A stretch of 63,669 bases of DNA from Phoronis australis (GCA_002633005.1 NMRA01000217.1:248001-311669); one strand, 5' to 3'. Shown: positions 36,215 to 62,889, counted from the first letter of the stretch. The notes: generated from the sequence alone by a model not told the origin. Numbers and translations: made by a program.

Positions 36215-37979
36215 GGGCATCACCACTCAATTGCCTAAGTGAGACTGTGGATCGAATGTGTATGAAGCAGTAAATGTGCCCACTGGTTCTGGGTCCGTTT
36301 TTACTGTCCACAGTGTTGAAAGTAGGTGAAACTGGCCCTCATCGCCAGTGTGTTTTGTTTTTATGCATTAATCAATGCAGCTGTCATATATACTATAATG
36401 CACGTTATCGCGATTGTCAAATGGGTGCAAACACTGTGATGATTGTACGTTATTCAGAACAGATCTGAAGGAGCAGCATGCTGTAACTAATTGGACTCTA
36501 TTTATTGTGCAACCCATAATTGTAACCCGTGTTGTAACCATCGTTCGTGACCAAGTCATACACTCTATTTATTGTCTTGTTTTAGAATTGTATAGAAATG
36601 ATTACTGAACAAGTCGAGATCAAGATTTGTGTCTTACCTGTGAAATTGTGCAAGCACTTAGTATCAGCATTGACTAACACAAATTATTGAAACAGGAGTG
36701 AGCGATTCCATTACTCCTGTAGAAATGCTGTTCTAAAAGGGTCACAGGCAGATTGAAAATCAAATTTTATTTCTTCCTAGTAATTTTTGCGTGAAAATAA
36801 TGCTCAGCTGCATTTGAACGACAAAAATTTTCCGTTGAAAACCGCCATTGCTTGAAGAATTTCAAAACCATCAGTGTAGCCTTCATGGTTGCATTGACCA
36901 CTGCTTGGTTTGCAACTTCTGTTGAGCTAAACCCCGCTTTAAACTGGTAGGGTTTAAACCCACAGGGTAGGCAGAACTACTGAGTGCATTCATTGGTGAC
37001 TGAGCATAATGTAATTCAGTGTTATTGGTAACAGGACTAGCTTTTGATAATAAATTTTGTAAGAACATCATTTCAAGTCTATTTTAATGGTCAGTCAATA
37101 CCGGGAATTTCTAGTAGTTGTCCACACAATAAGCGTGGTGCATTTTTTTACCTTACAGGTAGTCCAAAAATGAGCCCTGGCATACTTTTGGGAATAAGGT
37201 GCCTGCCTAAACACAAAATTTGTCGCATAATCGATCATAATGGATGTTTGCCCGTGAATAAAATGAGCATTTATAGCAATTGGTTGAACTAATGACTAAA
37301 GAAAATATGAATACAGCCTCGTTTTTGACAGAGGCTTGCTAACAGAATTGTGACTACACAAGTAGGCAGGCACAGGAGCCAATATTTGGAAATTCCCAGG
37401 GGGTTACACAGACTAAAACAGATCCTAAACAGTCTCTTACAAAGTCCACCAAGTCCAATAAAATGGCAATAGTTTTTGCTTTATTTAGTTGCAATTTTAC
37501 ACATTATAAATGCCAGTGGATGCAGATGGTAAACCCAATACCATCCATTAGGTTTCATTTACACGCAAGATTACGAGTTCAGGTTATTGGTATTTGGTCA
37601 GTGCAAAAGTAACAATTTGTAATATAATGTCACTTCACTTTTTTACTCACTGTCTCAATAAAATTATAATGTACCTTACAGCGGCCACATACGCCCAGCC
37701 AAGGCCCGCACATGGTTTTACAATAGAAGCTAGACTTCTCACAGCTAGACATCAAACCAAATTTCTCAGCTACGAATAACAAAAATGTTAAAACATTCAA
37801 CAGGAATGAAAGAGAGTCTTTTATCCGTTACTGCTCCAAAAGCGACTGGTGTCAAAAAATTCAGGGTCTATTTGCCTTCAGGTACTAGAAGTAGTTAAAA
37901 ACTGGCCTTCCATCTCAAAAAACAACTTCAGATTGAAACCACTTGATGGTCCAACATTCAATTGGTCAATTCTTCCTTA

Positions 37980-38544
37980 GGGCTGTTCCAGCAAAATCTG
38001 TGTGGGAGGGGGGGAAGGCAACTGAAATAAAAATTTATGGTTGGTTGCGTTTGATTTAAATTCAAAATGGCTGGTGGTCGTACTTCAAAAAAATAAAAAT
38101 TTACAGGTCGTTGTTGTTTCATTGGGCCATGTTTGATGGTGGGTAATTTTAGTAAATTTTATAAACTATCCGCACAGAATCAAAAACTGAAACAAAAATG
38201 CAACTTGCAAAAAGCTCCGACTTTTTCACTCCCTCTGATCTCCTCATCGGCATGCCCATAACACCATTTAAACACAGGTGCTCGAATTTCTCGATTGCTA
38301 ATAACCATATATAGGAAACATGTGTTTTCTTAGTAATGAATGACGTTAGTGGTGATGGAGGAACAGATAAACTCAAGCGCCTGTGCAGTCAACCACAAGA
38401 ACAAAAAAAATTACGGGTGGTTGCATTTCAAACTTATAAAAAATTACGGGTGGTAGGCTGAAGAAATAAATGAAAAATATGGGTAGTGGGTGCGAAAAAT
38501 AGGTGCCTTCCCCCCCTCCCATACAGATTTTACTGGAACAGCCC
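37980..38544. mobile_element. PIF/Harbinger (Tourist-like) MITE
   Basis: About 40 bp TIR GGGCTGTTCCAGYAAAATCTGTRTGGGAGGGGGGGAAGGCA, TTA at 37977-37979 and 38545-38547, internal subterminal repeats. Confidence 0.85.
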
Positions 38545-41215
38545 TTAGATACATTGGAGATTTTAGAGTTTGGAAAAAACTGACAGTTGGAGAGACAAGG
38601 CAACACACGTTGGTTCATCTCGGCATGTCAGTTTATGCGCCTGGCACAGTCTCTAGCATTAACGAGCTATCAGTTGTTTGCAAACCCAGAAATCGCTTAC
38701 AATCTGCGCAAATCCAGACCAATTTCATAGTGGCTAAAAGCAAAAGTTAGCTTCCTTGGCAGAATACGAGTTTATGGCTGCTTTAAGTCAAGCTCATTGT
38801 CAACTGTTACAAAGACCAACCACACAGATTAATGAGAATCCCACTAACACGTGCATCAAATTTGTCACAAATATACTTTTGAAAGTATTGCCCTTCTCCA
38901 TACAACATTATTGAGAGGAAATCCAGAAAAAGGCCGATGAACTCCGACAAAAATATTCCTTCCCATGATCGTTTCAAAAATGAAGTTGATTTCAGAAACC
39001 AAGTGAGACAGATATCAAGTGACCTACGTGTATCTAAAATTGACATTTCGAACTTTTTACTAATCCAATTACCTGAATGGTGTGTCCTGGGGTTGAAACC
39101 ATTCTTTATCACTGTACAGAGTACATTCTATGTGACCAACTTGGGATCATTTCAGTATAGGTATTGAGTAAGGATAAACTGTTGGTGACAAAACACAAAT
39201 CTACTGTGAGGAATCATGTGATTAACACGACTGAAATCACATACAGGCTGTCCTTCTTTTGGAAGGTCCTGCTATTCAACGAGAAAAGCTGCACTGAAGC
39301 CTGGGCCGTGTTATGTATACGCAAGACACTCGTAAGAAAAGTTACAGTAAAGGTCAAAAGTATTCAAACAAAATAAACCAGAATTCCCCCATCATGACAG
39401 CTGGGTGTAAGCTCAATAGTCAGAGTGGTCTTCCTTTATGACGGAAAACGAACGAGAAGAAATAGTACGGTGACTTAGAATTTTCCTGCCAGAATAACCA
39501 CTACTCATCATTTTGCAGCTAACAGAACAAGCCATCATGACAGGTAAACAATATTTTCTCCCCCCCTACTTTTGTCATAAACTGCAGTGTGATCGTGAGC
39601 TTTGGTTGAAATGCATAGCAAAGAGTCTCACGAGACTTGCATGATCTTGCGTCTTCACGAAATCTTGCGTCTACAGAATGTAGCCCTGTAAGCATGGTGT
39701 AATATTTTATCATTTTCGCATCTTTAACGCTTCGTTGAAATTTCCTAGTTTATCACTTGTTAGCATAAGCAAAGGCAAACCTGTATTGAAGTCAACAAGC
39801 TTCCAACAAAAGTGAAAACTTCCTCTCACAACAGAACCTTAGAAGAACATGGCTGAATCAAGGCATACTTGCCAGCAATACAATTTTGCAAAATAACTCC
39901 CAGTTATCTAGAAAAACCCCTGGGGACTCTTTGGATGCAAAGCCACTTTGCTTTCAGAGGGTTACTTTTAAAAAACCCAGTAACCACGCCCACTTACCAA
40001 CACCATGTCAATGTGTCGACCAATTATCAAATACAAATCGAATCCAATTCTAAATTTTGTTACGCTTTACGCTCGGTGAAAAATCAAATGCACTGAGAGA
40101 TTATCTCGTCACATGATTCGTTACCACGGCAACTGGGTATAAACAAGTCCAACAATAGATGTCTAGCGTATGCTGAACACCCCGCATTCTTTCTGATGGA
40201 ATGTTACCAAGCACGAGAGACAGTAAACACATGTGCTCATTTACACAACTAACATGCTTCCTAACCCATCATTTAAGTTAACTGCTGCAAATCTAAACAA
40301 ATTATCATGACAAACTCTCTCAAATTGGGAAGTTCAACGCAGTGCGCACCTATAATAACTCGACCCTACTTCTCAGATCCATTCAAAATGTTTACTGATC
40401 ACAAGCACAGTTCAGTAACTGGGGCCCACATAACCATGACAATATTTAAATTATAGTGAGCACTGTTTAGGTAACATGACCATTACCTTGGGACACCCCC
40501 CGCCCCCTTCACACAATGATTAACGTTGAAATTCTCGATTCAATTTTGCGAAGTTCACAAAAATAGGGCCAGTTCACACTTATTCTTTTTCCTGGTCATG
40601 CTTTGGTCAGAATATGGAGCTCTGTAGTGCTGTTGTTGGTTTCAGTCTTATCACAACGCACTTAATTTGCACTTGGCATTTCAGACCCGTCCATTCAGTG
40701 CTCAATACAACTTTAACTTAAAATGTATTTAAATTATCAAAGCCACTTCCAACACAGTCTAAGCAGAGAGGTCGTAAACAAAATGGCTGATAGCTTATGG
40801 TCACAATTAATATGAGTGTACTGACACAAGCTTTTCAGTAATTGTAATAGAACGGTTCGACTTCATGGCTTTCCAATCGACTCACAACAGGCCGTCATTT
40901 GTAAAATCCTGAGAAAAATAAAAAAGTAATCACAACTTTTTCTGCATCAATATTGACTACAAACTCTAGCAACTGCAAGTGGTACCAGACAAAAATAAAA
41001 AATCTAATTTCTTATTTAAATTTTTTAAATGGATTACAACTTTATTACATCCTCAATGCAAACTTTCATGAAAAACATTTCAGGCAGAAGTACATAGCAA
41101 TTCATATTAATTCATTATCTTTATTCCACACCTACAACCTGCTGCAGCAGTGAAATGACACAACAATGAATCCTGACAATGGGAGGTCATGTCACAGTAT
41201 TAGTCATTACAGGTG

Positions 41216-41366
41216 AACAACTTGTAGTGATCAACAACTTGTAGTGATCAACAACTTGTAGTGATCAACAACTTGTAGTGATCAACAACTTGTAGTGATC
41301 AACAACTTGTAGTGATCAACAACCTGTACCGATCAACAACAAGTACTGATCAACAGGTTGATCAAC
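41216..41366. repeat. 17 bp minisatellite in probable CRK 3'UTR
   Basis: AACAACTTGTAGTGATC x6 perfect plus degenerate units. Confidence 0.93.
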
Positions 41367-41634
41367 AGAACATGTTGGAACTATTTCAACACACAGATGA
41401 CCATTTAAGTACGAGTCATCATATTAATACCAAACATTGATACATCCTACTCTTGCGACTTGTTGCCAAAGTTCTCTACAGTCACTCTGCGCTTGTGGAC
41501 TTTGACATCATTTCACAAGCGAACATTCCTGACTTGGGTGGTGTATTTATATTGCATTTGCATAGACTTGCGTGCTTCGGCGGCTCCCTACTGGGCACAC
41601 CTTGTCTCCGCTCACTGTACCTATACACAAAGTC

Positions 41635-55147
<13,513 letters not shown>

Positions 55148-55672
55148 TTTAACTCTAAGAGCAGAATGTAGTTCGGTTGATGTGTAATCCAAATGATTCA
55201 GACGCTTTCGCCCACTCTACAATCAATCCGACTCCCAATCTCAGCGAGTTGGTAAGGCAATCTTCACATATCGACTCATAAACATACACGAGATGGGGCT
55301 CGGTTAGATTGTTAGTTGCTCGTATTACTTCAAAGGCAGAAAAACGTTATCGCAATTACAGATATCTGTATCTAATCGCCGACTTTCTTCAAATCATGAG
55401 TTTCAGGAAGTCATTCTGAAACCAATATGGCCGACAGAAAATGGGTATACCTTTGGAAAAACAGGGGTGTGGTGAGAGAGAAAAACAACAAATGTGTTCA
55501 AATGTGGTTCACAACACTTGCAATGCGGTCCTGGAGATTGAAAGAACATTAGAGTATAAGACAATCCATATTATATTGCAAAATAATCATGTATTTGACT
55601 TTGCAAATAAAGTGTTGGAAACAGCCTTAACCGGAAGTGGAAACTTCGCAAGGTGAAGGACATTGACTGAAA
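55148..55672. promoter_or_regulatory. Bidirectional promoter and 5'UTRs of CRK / NUP210
   Basis: Divergent ATGs with 525 bp between them; ETS site CCGGAAGT 55631-55638, CCAAT 55422-55426, YY1-like AAAATGGCGG over the NUP210 start. Confidence 0.8.
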
Positions 55673-55839
55673 ATGGCGGGTTCTTCTGAACTTCGCAAGT
55701 TTTTTCCCGTAGTTGTTGCATTTTTGTGCATGACTTCATTTGAGGCTGCGAAGTTGAACGTGCCGAAAGTGCTTCTTCCTTGCTGTTGTGAAACCTTGAC
55801 GGAGTTTATCCTTGAAGTTGATGAAGGCTGCTTTACTTG
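55673..55839 (+). CDS. NUP210: NUP210 exon 1 (signal peptide + KLNVPKVLLP)
   Basis: Below ORF-track cutoff; donor TG|gtaaat. Confidence 0.93.
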
Positions 55840-58800
55840 GTAAATTAAATCATAATAGAACTTGGGGTTGGAAAACACGTGCAGCTAGCTACTGCTAGTG
55901 TTAGGCAACAATTATAGCTAGCCCTACTGCAGAATTGGGCTGGCTCCACGGTCCACCAGAACGGTTTACTGCCTAGTAGCTAGCCAGCTGGCTGTAATAC
56001 TAACGTCAAACTACTGCTAGGAATTGTCGTGTGTTAACTTAGACCCACAGGTGTCCTCAGCTTCTGTCTGATCATCCTCAATACACTATCATATATACAT
56101 AAAAGTATATAAAGGAAGTTTGGGTAAATTCAGACAAAACGTCTTAGCTCGACTTGCTTACCTACTACTGAAGGTTTGTGTCAGCTAATAACATTAGACG
56201 AGTAATGGGATCTCCGCAAATCATTTGAGAAACCAACCGATGAGATTCTTCGTTACTAGTTCACATCCAAATGCCTTCGAATTTTAAGACTAATAACAGT
56301 GGTCAAAATCGGGGAAATTCGGACGCAGGTGGGGAAACTCGAACGGAGTGTCAGGGAAATTCGGACCAGCAACTCGGACAAAATATAACAGTACTTTATG
56401 ATTTCAAAAAATGAATTTAGGTATTATTTTGCAATGTTATCATCAGACATATAATAAAATTTAAAAAGTCATCATGTCCTGACCACATAAACAACGTAAA
56501 AGTACGTCCGCCTTTACCAATTTGTGTGCAGCCCACGTGGTAAACAGCGCCATTGTTGTTGACAAATGAAGTTTTGGATTGACCTCTTAAAACAGGAGGT
56601 CATCACGTGAATACGAAAATCACTCAAGAAAAGCGTCTAGTAGCCTAAAAATATGGGTGTCCGAATTTCCCCGCAGTATACAAAGGGGAAATTCGGACAC
56701 CGGTCTTTGATATTAAATCATGCTTTTTTGTAAGTTTTTCTATTGGAATTAACACATAAAACTGCATAGTGATGAATTATGCATTAAATAAATTCAAGTT
56801 CATTTACATGACAAGTGACCAAGTGACCTAAATAAAACTGGGAAAAGACGGTGTACCTACCGCAGACTTTCAAAATCAGCATGCGACATAAGGTCCGGAA
56901 CATGTCTCATATCTGTTGAAACTTTGTTGTAATTCAAGTGAGGTGATAAATAAATTCCTACTATTGTTCAAAGAAGTGAATAATCTTTTCAGTTAGTGGT
57001 AAGGCATTTTGATTGTTAATATGTTTGACGTTTATTTAGACTTCTCTGAATTTTACCGCCCTCCGAGTTTCCCCGAACTATCTCTAATAGTACAACGTAT
57101 GACACTCCGGACTAGAAATTCCATTGGTGCTTCACTTCAGCCATCCATAGAAAACAGAAAACTCAATAAATTTATGCAAAACAGAGGTTCAACAAACCAT
57201 GAAGAATTGTTCTTTCTCCCAATACCATTTACGATGGTGTCCTGCTCCACTGATTTCGCAAGAAATTCGCGGTCAAAGCACAAAAATCTTCTCAAAAAGT
57301 CTGTCTGGAGCAATTGTCGGGTCCCACGCTAAGGGTATGGAATAGTTACAGATGAACGGCAATTGCCAATTGATAACTCGGCAATTACCTTGTAGTATTA
57401 TATATAGTGTATTGGGGACGATTAGAAGCTGAGGATGCCTGTGCTTAGACAGGTGTCCTCAGCTTCTGATCGTCCCCAATACACTAGATATGATACTACA
57501 AGGTATGACACTCGGGACTAGGAAGACTACGGGTGCTTCACTTCAGTTGTTCATATCAAACACAAACCTTAAAACTGGGACTCAACAAACTGTGATTGTT
57601 CTTTCTCCTGATAGCATTTACATCGTCCTACTTTAGGGTCAGAGAATCAAAAAAATTGCTATCAAAACACAAAAGTCTTCCCAAAGGCCGATGTTCAGCT
57701 ATTCCTGTAAGACGAGTCACTTGAGTTAGGATGGGAATTAGTGATTTGTCATGGAAGGTCACGATATCAATAACTCCCCACTTAACCAGACCATTTCGTA
57801 TCATTCCGTGATGAACCGTCAATAGCTGTTCTCTATCCGTAACTCATCAGGTACTACTGTACTTGACCTTGAAATGACTCACATAACTCATCTTACAGGA
57901 GTTGCTATGGATTGGGTTTTTGGAAAGCTTTTTGTGTTTTGATCGCAAATTTGTTACGAACTTGCTAGAGAAAGAGGCTGTAAATGCTACCAGAAGAAAG
58001 ACCAATTGCTCATTGTTTGGTGAATCCCTGTTTTGTGTAAATTTATTGAGATATGAGTTTAATATGGACGGCTTAAGTAAAGCACCTGTGGAATTCCTAA
58101 TCCCGAGTATGAGACCTTATACATTTAGCATTGTGTTGTATAAAGTGTACTAGGAACGATCAGACGCTTGGGACCCCTTTGCTCTACATATGGCAAAACA
58201 AAATTTTAGTATGTATTGCTTTGATGAAGACAGCCTCCTTTATAAAGACCAGACTGCCCAACATGAATCGAGACCATGGACTACAGCACCCCCACCTTAT
58301 TCTACATCTGGGTTCGCAAAACGCGGATAATCCACTCATTGAAGAAGGCCCTTAAATGGGGGTAGAACGTTTGAATCATCCACAACAAACAGTTCGTAGG
58401 AAGTGAATTTCCCCTGCTCAACATTGTCATGAACTATGAAAACCCTACTTTGTTGCACTTGTCTTAGTTTGCTTATGCATGGCCATCAGACTTGCTGTGT
58501 TTGATGATCGTGGAATTCATCAGATTTGGTTCTTTCAGGAGATCCTCTCGACCTCATGTTGCCACTGTGAAGCCAATTGGTGGCACTAGTGAGGACGATT
58601 GCACTCAGTCAGCTGCAGTCATTGCTGTGTCCAAGACCCCCCACCGTATGACATCAGTCATAACAGCTGAGCAGAGAGGTGGGTCTATTGGTGCAGTCTT
58701 GGGTAGTTGTTTTGTCATGGATGGAACGTCAATCTGTGCTTTGGTTAACATCGTTGACTCAAACTGGGTAATGAATGGCTGGATAAAGAGTAGGTGGCAG

Positions 58801-61800
58801 CACATCCTAATATGACGTGTATGCCGCAAGATTTTGTACAAGTTACCCGTCAAACAACCCTTTAATTTGACTAAACCACCACAGCCACGTCGCTGTAAGT
58901 ACATTTCAAGCTTAGGGGGACACTTTTCGAAGCCATAGATGTTTCTAAATCCTTTCAACTCTAACAAGTACTCCGTCAATCAAGATTTTTTTCTCCGCTA
59001 TGTACCTTAAATAGTCAACGAAATTGAATAGTGAACACCATTACAATCAATGAGCTCTAGGTCAGAAAGAAACACGCACATGGTTATTGGGGAGGCTACC
59101 CAGCCATCTGCCAGCCTCTGCGAGAGGAGGCAGCACAGACATGGTGGGACCTGTCTTGTTAAGGAGCTGTTGTCAATCAAAGGACTCGACTTGGGAAGGA
59201 CTCACAGTCGATAATTGCTTCTGGCCCTGATCAGTGCAGAACTGACATGTCTGTTCCAGTCTGTCAGCTTATCGATCCTCGTCCAAAATTTGTTTAATCA
59301 GAGTACTGTACAAGTGGATTGTCCAGATGTAAAATGGTGATAACTCAGCTGTAAAAAGTATTTTGAATGTTTCCATTAAAGTTGATGTCAATTTTTTTAA
59401 ACCAAGTCACACAATACGAACATCTTTTGTCAGATCAGCTGAATTGCTATTGTATATTTTAAGTTTTTAATTATTGCCCGTTTCTGGCGTGATTGCTGTA
59501 TTCAAATGGCTAATTTTTATGTACGGGCATTCGGGCCATAAAGCACAGTTATCTGAATGAAAAAGCGAGAGAACACAGCTTACTGGGTCTGTCGGAAAAC
59601 TTCTAGCTACCTTTTAGAGCAGATTTAGTAAAATATGCTAAATTGACCAAAAACGTGTTCTAAAAGGCAACGCTCCTCTTAGAATGTAACTAGGTGGGAA
59701 TAGTAAAGAATGAGAATCTTGCTTACTTGTGCTAGTACCAAAAATCCTGGTGTATACCTTCCAGTGTTCTCCGTAACAGAAAATTCAAACTTGACAAGAA
59801 TTATAAGGAAAAAGTAATTGATACTTCATATCTGAACTGTGAGGATTTTTTGTGTTAAGTCTTGGAATAAATGCATTGATCACTTTTTTACCAAATCTCA
59901 AAAAAATGTCGCAATTCATTACAGGTGACAAATCGTCCAAGAGTACAAACTCGTTGCACAAATTTTCAATCTCAACACAAATAAGCTAAACACATCATGA
60001 GAAAATTCAGTCAAAATAGACTGTGGAGAACACTGCCTTCTTAGGGTTGCCTAGACCCCTTATCCGCGAACTCCCCCCCCCCCACTCAACCAGGGCTTCA
60101 TCCAGGATTTCAAAAATTAGGCATCTGAAAAGAGTTTCCCAATTCATCAGTTGTCCGTGCATTTTTATGACCTGGAGTCAGTTGCTATAAACCATGATAT
60201 GTAATTGTGGGGGCATGGTTCTACGATAAATTTTATCATAGACAAACTTTTTTATTCTAGGCAACCCAAGTGAAGAGCTCCTGTCGCTGGTCTACTCAGA
60301 TAGTAGAACATATTTATTATCAAAAGAGGACTTTTTTCATTATTAGTGCCTTCTAGTGAGTGCTAGGTGACTTATTACAGTTTCTGCTGTTGTCTGCACT
60401 TCACAGAATTGAGGAAGAGAACAGATTCAAAGCTTTGGAGTGTTTTTTTTTTTTGAATAGACAAAGTGGTGAATTTTGTCAAAACTCATTTAGCCTCACT
60501 GAAGTTATGATGAACGTCTTGAAGTCAATCCGTTGAAAATCGATAACAATATGGTAAATCTTGTATTTCAGAAAACAAGTCTATTTTTATGATAAACTAT
60601 TGCTCAGCATTTTTGAAACTACTGTACCAATCATGAACGTTCGCTGTAACTTTACCCTTGTCCAGAAATTGAATTGTTGATAGACATTATGATTTGCGTT
60701 GCTAGGCACTGGACAGACACTAAGATGTGACGTCATTGTCGACACCATACACAACATCTCAGTAGAGACGACCACCAAAGAATTGTTCATGGAAGATTCC
60801 CCGGAACGTCTTCCTGTTGTGGCCGTGGATGACAAAGGTGAGCGCTGTTTCTGGGAAGATTGTGGGAACAATATACAATATAAGACAAAAATAATCAGAC
60901 TAAATGGCATAAAAGGTATTTCTGTTAGCAGCAAAAATGACTGATAATTACTATTATGGCCGTAAAGTTATCATTACCGGATAGCTTAGCCAATTTACTA
61001 ACTTCCCTGTCAGTGGTAATTTCTCTTCATTTTTGTTCATGAAGGAAGACTGCTGTGATTATAAAATCGGCTTCCATCCAGCCGTCATGACATGGAATTC
61101 CGGGTCATTTTGTCCGAAAACTTTTGACGTGTACTGTATCGTATGTCTCCTCACCTTGTTCTCTTGGTATTCTAGTGTTTAGTATTCCGTATTGTGATGA
61201 ATTTGCCATTGCAAGTTTTCCCTTTCAAATTGAAGGTAAAGTATCGAAATTGACCCAAAATTTACACAGTTTCTACTTTCATCAAGGCTTGGAATTTTCC
61301 GCGGAAACACAGATTTCCGCTTTTTTCAAATGTTCTGTCCGCGTATTTTGTTATATTTCCGCGTGAAAAAAATCGGATTTGATATAAAATTTCCGCGGCA
61401 AATTCCTTTCTTACCTCGGCGTTGCCGACGACTTTCCGAAAAGCGGAAGTTGCTCTTTATGTTTTGGAGGAACGTAAATTGTCAACATTGCCAGGGCATC
61501 TGGGATAGCGTGGTGGATTCTTGAATGGCGTCTCGTGTGATTGTAAACCGCGGTGACAAATACTACGACTCTGCAGCCAAAAATGTGTGGAGGTGGGAGG
61601 GGACGGGCGAGCTAAAAAGACGCAGACGCACGCTTCTGAGGTGGTACTGTTTTTTTTTTTTAGTCCTCCCGATTTTTGTCGGCAAAAGGTCCACATCGAC
61701 TATTTCAAGGCTGGGAAGCGTGCATGTTTTGGGCCTCAAAAATTTCCGCATAATTCGTCATTGGTCATTCCAAGAACTGTTTCATAGTTCACCATTCAGC

Positions 61801-62889
61801 TTCAGAGTAAAATCTTTCAGTAGCTAACCTTAATTTATCCATTGGCTGCCATCTTGAGATTTTCATAACTATGTTTCTCGGGATCATCTCGGTATTCTGA
61901 AATAACTAGTAAAAGTTGTACAAATCTCGACTCATCTTATGGTCAAATATGTTAAATAAATTAAATGGAAAAATTTTGACTATTAGGTTGCCTTTCAGTC
62001 TCATAATTCTTGCCTACCAATAAATACGATTTCAAAGTTCATTGACTCCACATATTGTAAGGTAAAGCTTAGCAAGATCCAATGGATCAGTTCTGTAGCT
62101 AACTTATGAAAAAGAAAACCTGTGAATACTTTAACATTGATGTGATGAGGAATTTCATAGTTTCTTTGCAAGAAGTTTTCGGTGTTGTTTAGAACAACTT
62201 TTTTACATTTTATGTTAATAGTCACATACAGGAGTCCTGCATTTTGAGAACCAGTTTCGTCAACTGAATGCCAGGCATTAAACTGGTTCTCAAAATTTGT
62301 TACCCCGCAAGTAACTTTCGTCCATTTTACAATCAGGAAACACATTCAGTTCACTGGAGGGGCTCAAGTTTGAGTGGAATCTTGTCACAGACAGAGACGT
62401 TCCTGAGGAAAGCATCATAGACGCACACAGTGTCCTCAGGTTTGTGTACAACTCTCAGCTCCTGTCTAGTGTAGCGTTTTTGTCAATCTTTCAGAAAATA
62501 GATGCATCTCGAACTTTTTTTACCATACAAGACGTGCCGACATTTGTCTGGGGTAGAAATGGACACTCATATTGTTAATTTTTTTTGTTAAAACATTATC
62601 ACATTTCAAAGAACATCATTTTGCAGTCCCTGCTAGTTTTTAAGAAGTAATCTAATTTTAGTCACCGGCTCAGCAACACTAGCATTCTCCAGCTCCAAAT
62701 AACTGCCCAGCTATGAATTTCAAGTGTTTTCATTTCAGCTTTCAAACGTTTACTCAGTCGGCATACGAGACTCCACCTCATATCGGGGTTTTGGAGTCCA
62801 AGGGCTTGCAAGGCGATGTGCGTCTGGTGGAAGGCATTAGAACTGGTGTTGCCAGGGTAACAGCCAAGCTTTTAGAGGAGGCATTTCTG
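55673..62889 (+). CDS. NUP210: Nuclear pore membrane glycoprotein gp210, first five exons; continues beyond window end
   Basis: Exons 55673-55839, 58539-58678, 60706-60837, 62337-62439, 62739-62889 splice in phase: signal peptide, AAKLNVPKVLLP, EGCFTW, TGQTLRCDVIVD, TTKELFMEDSPE, GNTFSSLEGLKFEW, QGDVRLVEGIRTG. Confidence 0.95.
56296..57086. mobile_element. Degenerate non-autonomous DNA transposon with repeated GGGGAAATTCGGAC motifs
   Basis: Motif three times at left end, inverted pair about 56659-56699, inverted at right end about 57063-57076. Confidence 0.6.
57097..58112. repeat. Three diverged copies of an about 200 bp repeat (57097-57298 and 57505-57685 direct, 57917-58112 inverted)
   Basis: Shared ACTC(C/G)GGACTAG, GGTGCTTCACTTCAG, TTGTTCTTTCTCC, TCAAARCACAAAA blocks. 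Confidence 0.65.
57386..57505. repeat. 120 bp palindrome (57 bp arms, 6 nt loop), TA-ended mini-MITE
   Basis: 52/57 arm complementarity; partial homolog at about 56040-56095. Confidence 0.85.
58539..58678 (+). CDS. NUP210: NUP210 exon 2 (RSSRPHVATV...RMTSVITAEQR)
   Basis: Phase 2-1; matches gp210 SxRPxVA and RxTSxIxAE. Confidence 0.92.
60044..60267. mobile_element. Possible small MITE
   Basis: 12 bp inverted ends GGGTTGCCTAGA / TCTAGGCAACCC; no clear TSD. Confidence 0.4.
60706..60837 (+). CDS. NUP210: NUP210 exon 3 (TGQTLRCDVIVD...DDK)
   Basis: Highly conserved LRCDVIVD and TTxELxxEDSP. Confidence 0.95.
61283..61779 (+). mobile_element. About 500 bp non-autonomous DNA transposon (hAT-like CA...TG ends) with 6-bp flanking direct repeat
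   Basis: Imperfect TIR CAAGGCTTGGAA / TTCCAAGAACTG, TTTCAT at 61277-61282 and 61780-61785; second copy at 1-366. Confidence 0.7.
62241..62296. repeat. 17 bp perfect inverted repeat, same core as 31488-31590
   Basis: ATTTTGAGAACCAGTTT...AAACTGGTTCTCAAAAT. Confidence 0.7.
62337..62439 (+). CDS. NUP210: NUP210 exon 4 (NTFSSLEGLKFEW...AHSVL)
   Basis: Phase 1-2; hand translation. Confidence 0.93.
62739..62889 (+). CDS. NUP210: NUP210 exon 5 (FQTFTQSAYETPP...EEAFL)
   Basis: Phase 2-0; donor |gtatgt. Confidence 0.92.

Noticed and set aside
55673-62889. NUP210 nested inside CRK intron 1
   Set aside because: CRK exon 1 was found at 55116-55147, so the genes are divergent, not nested
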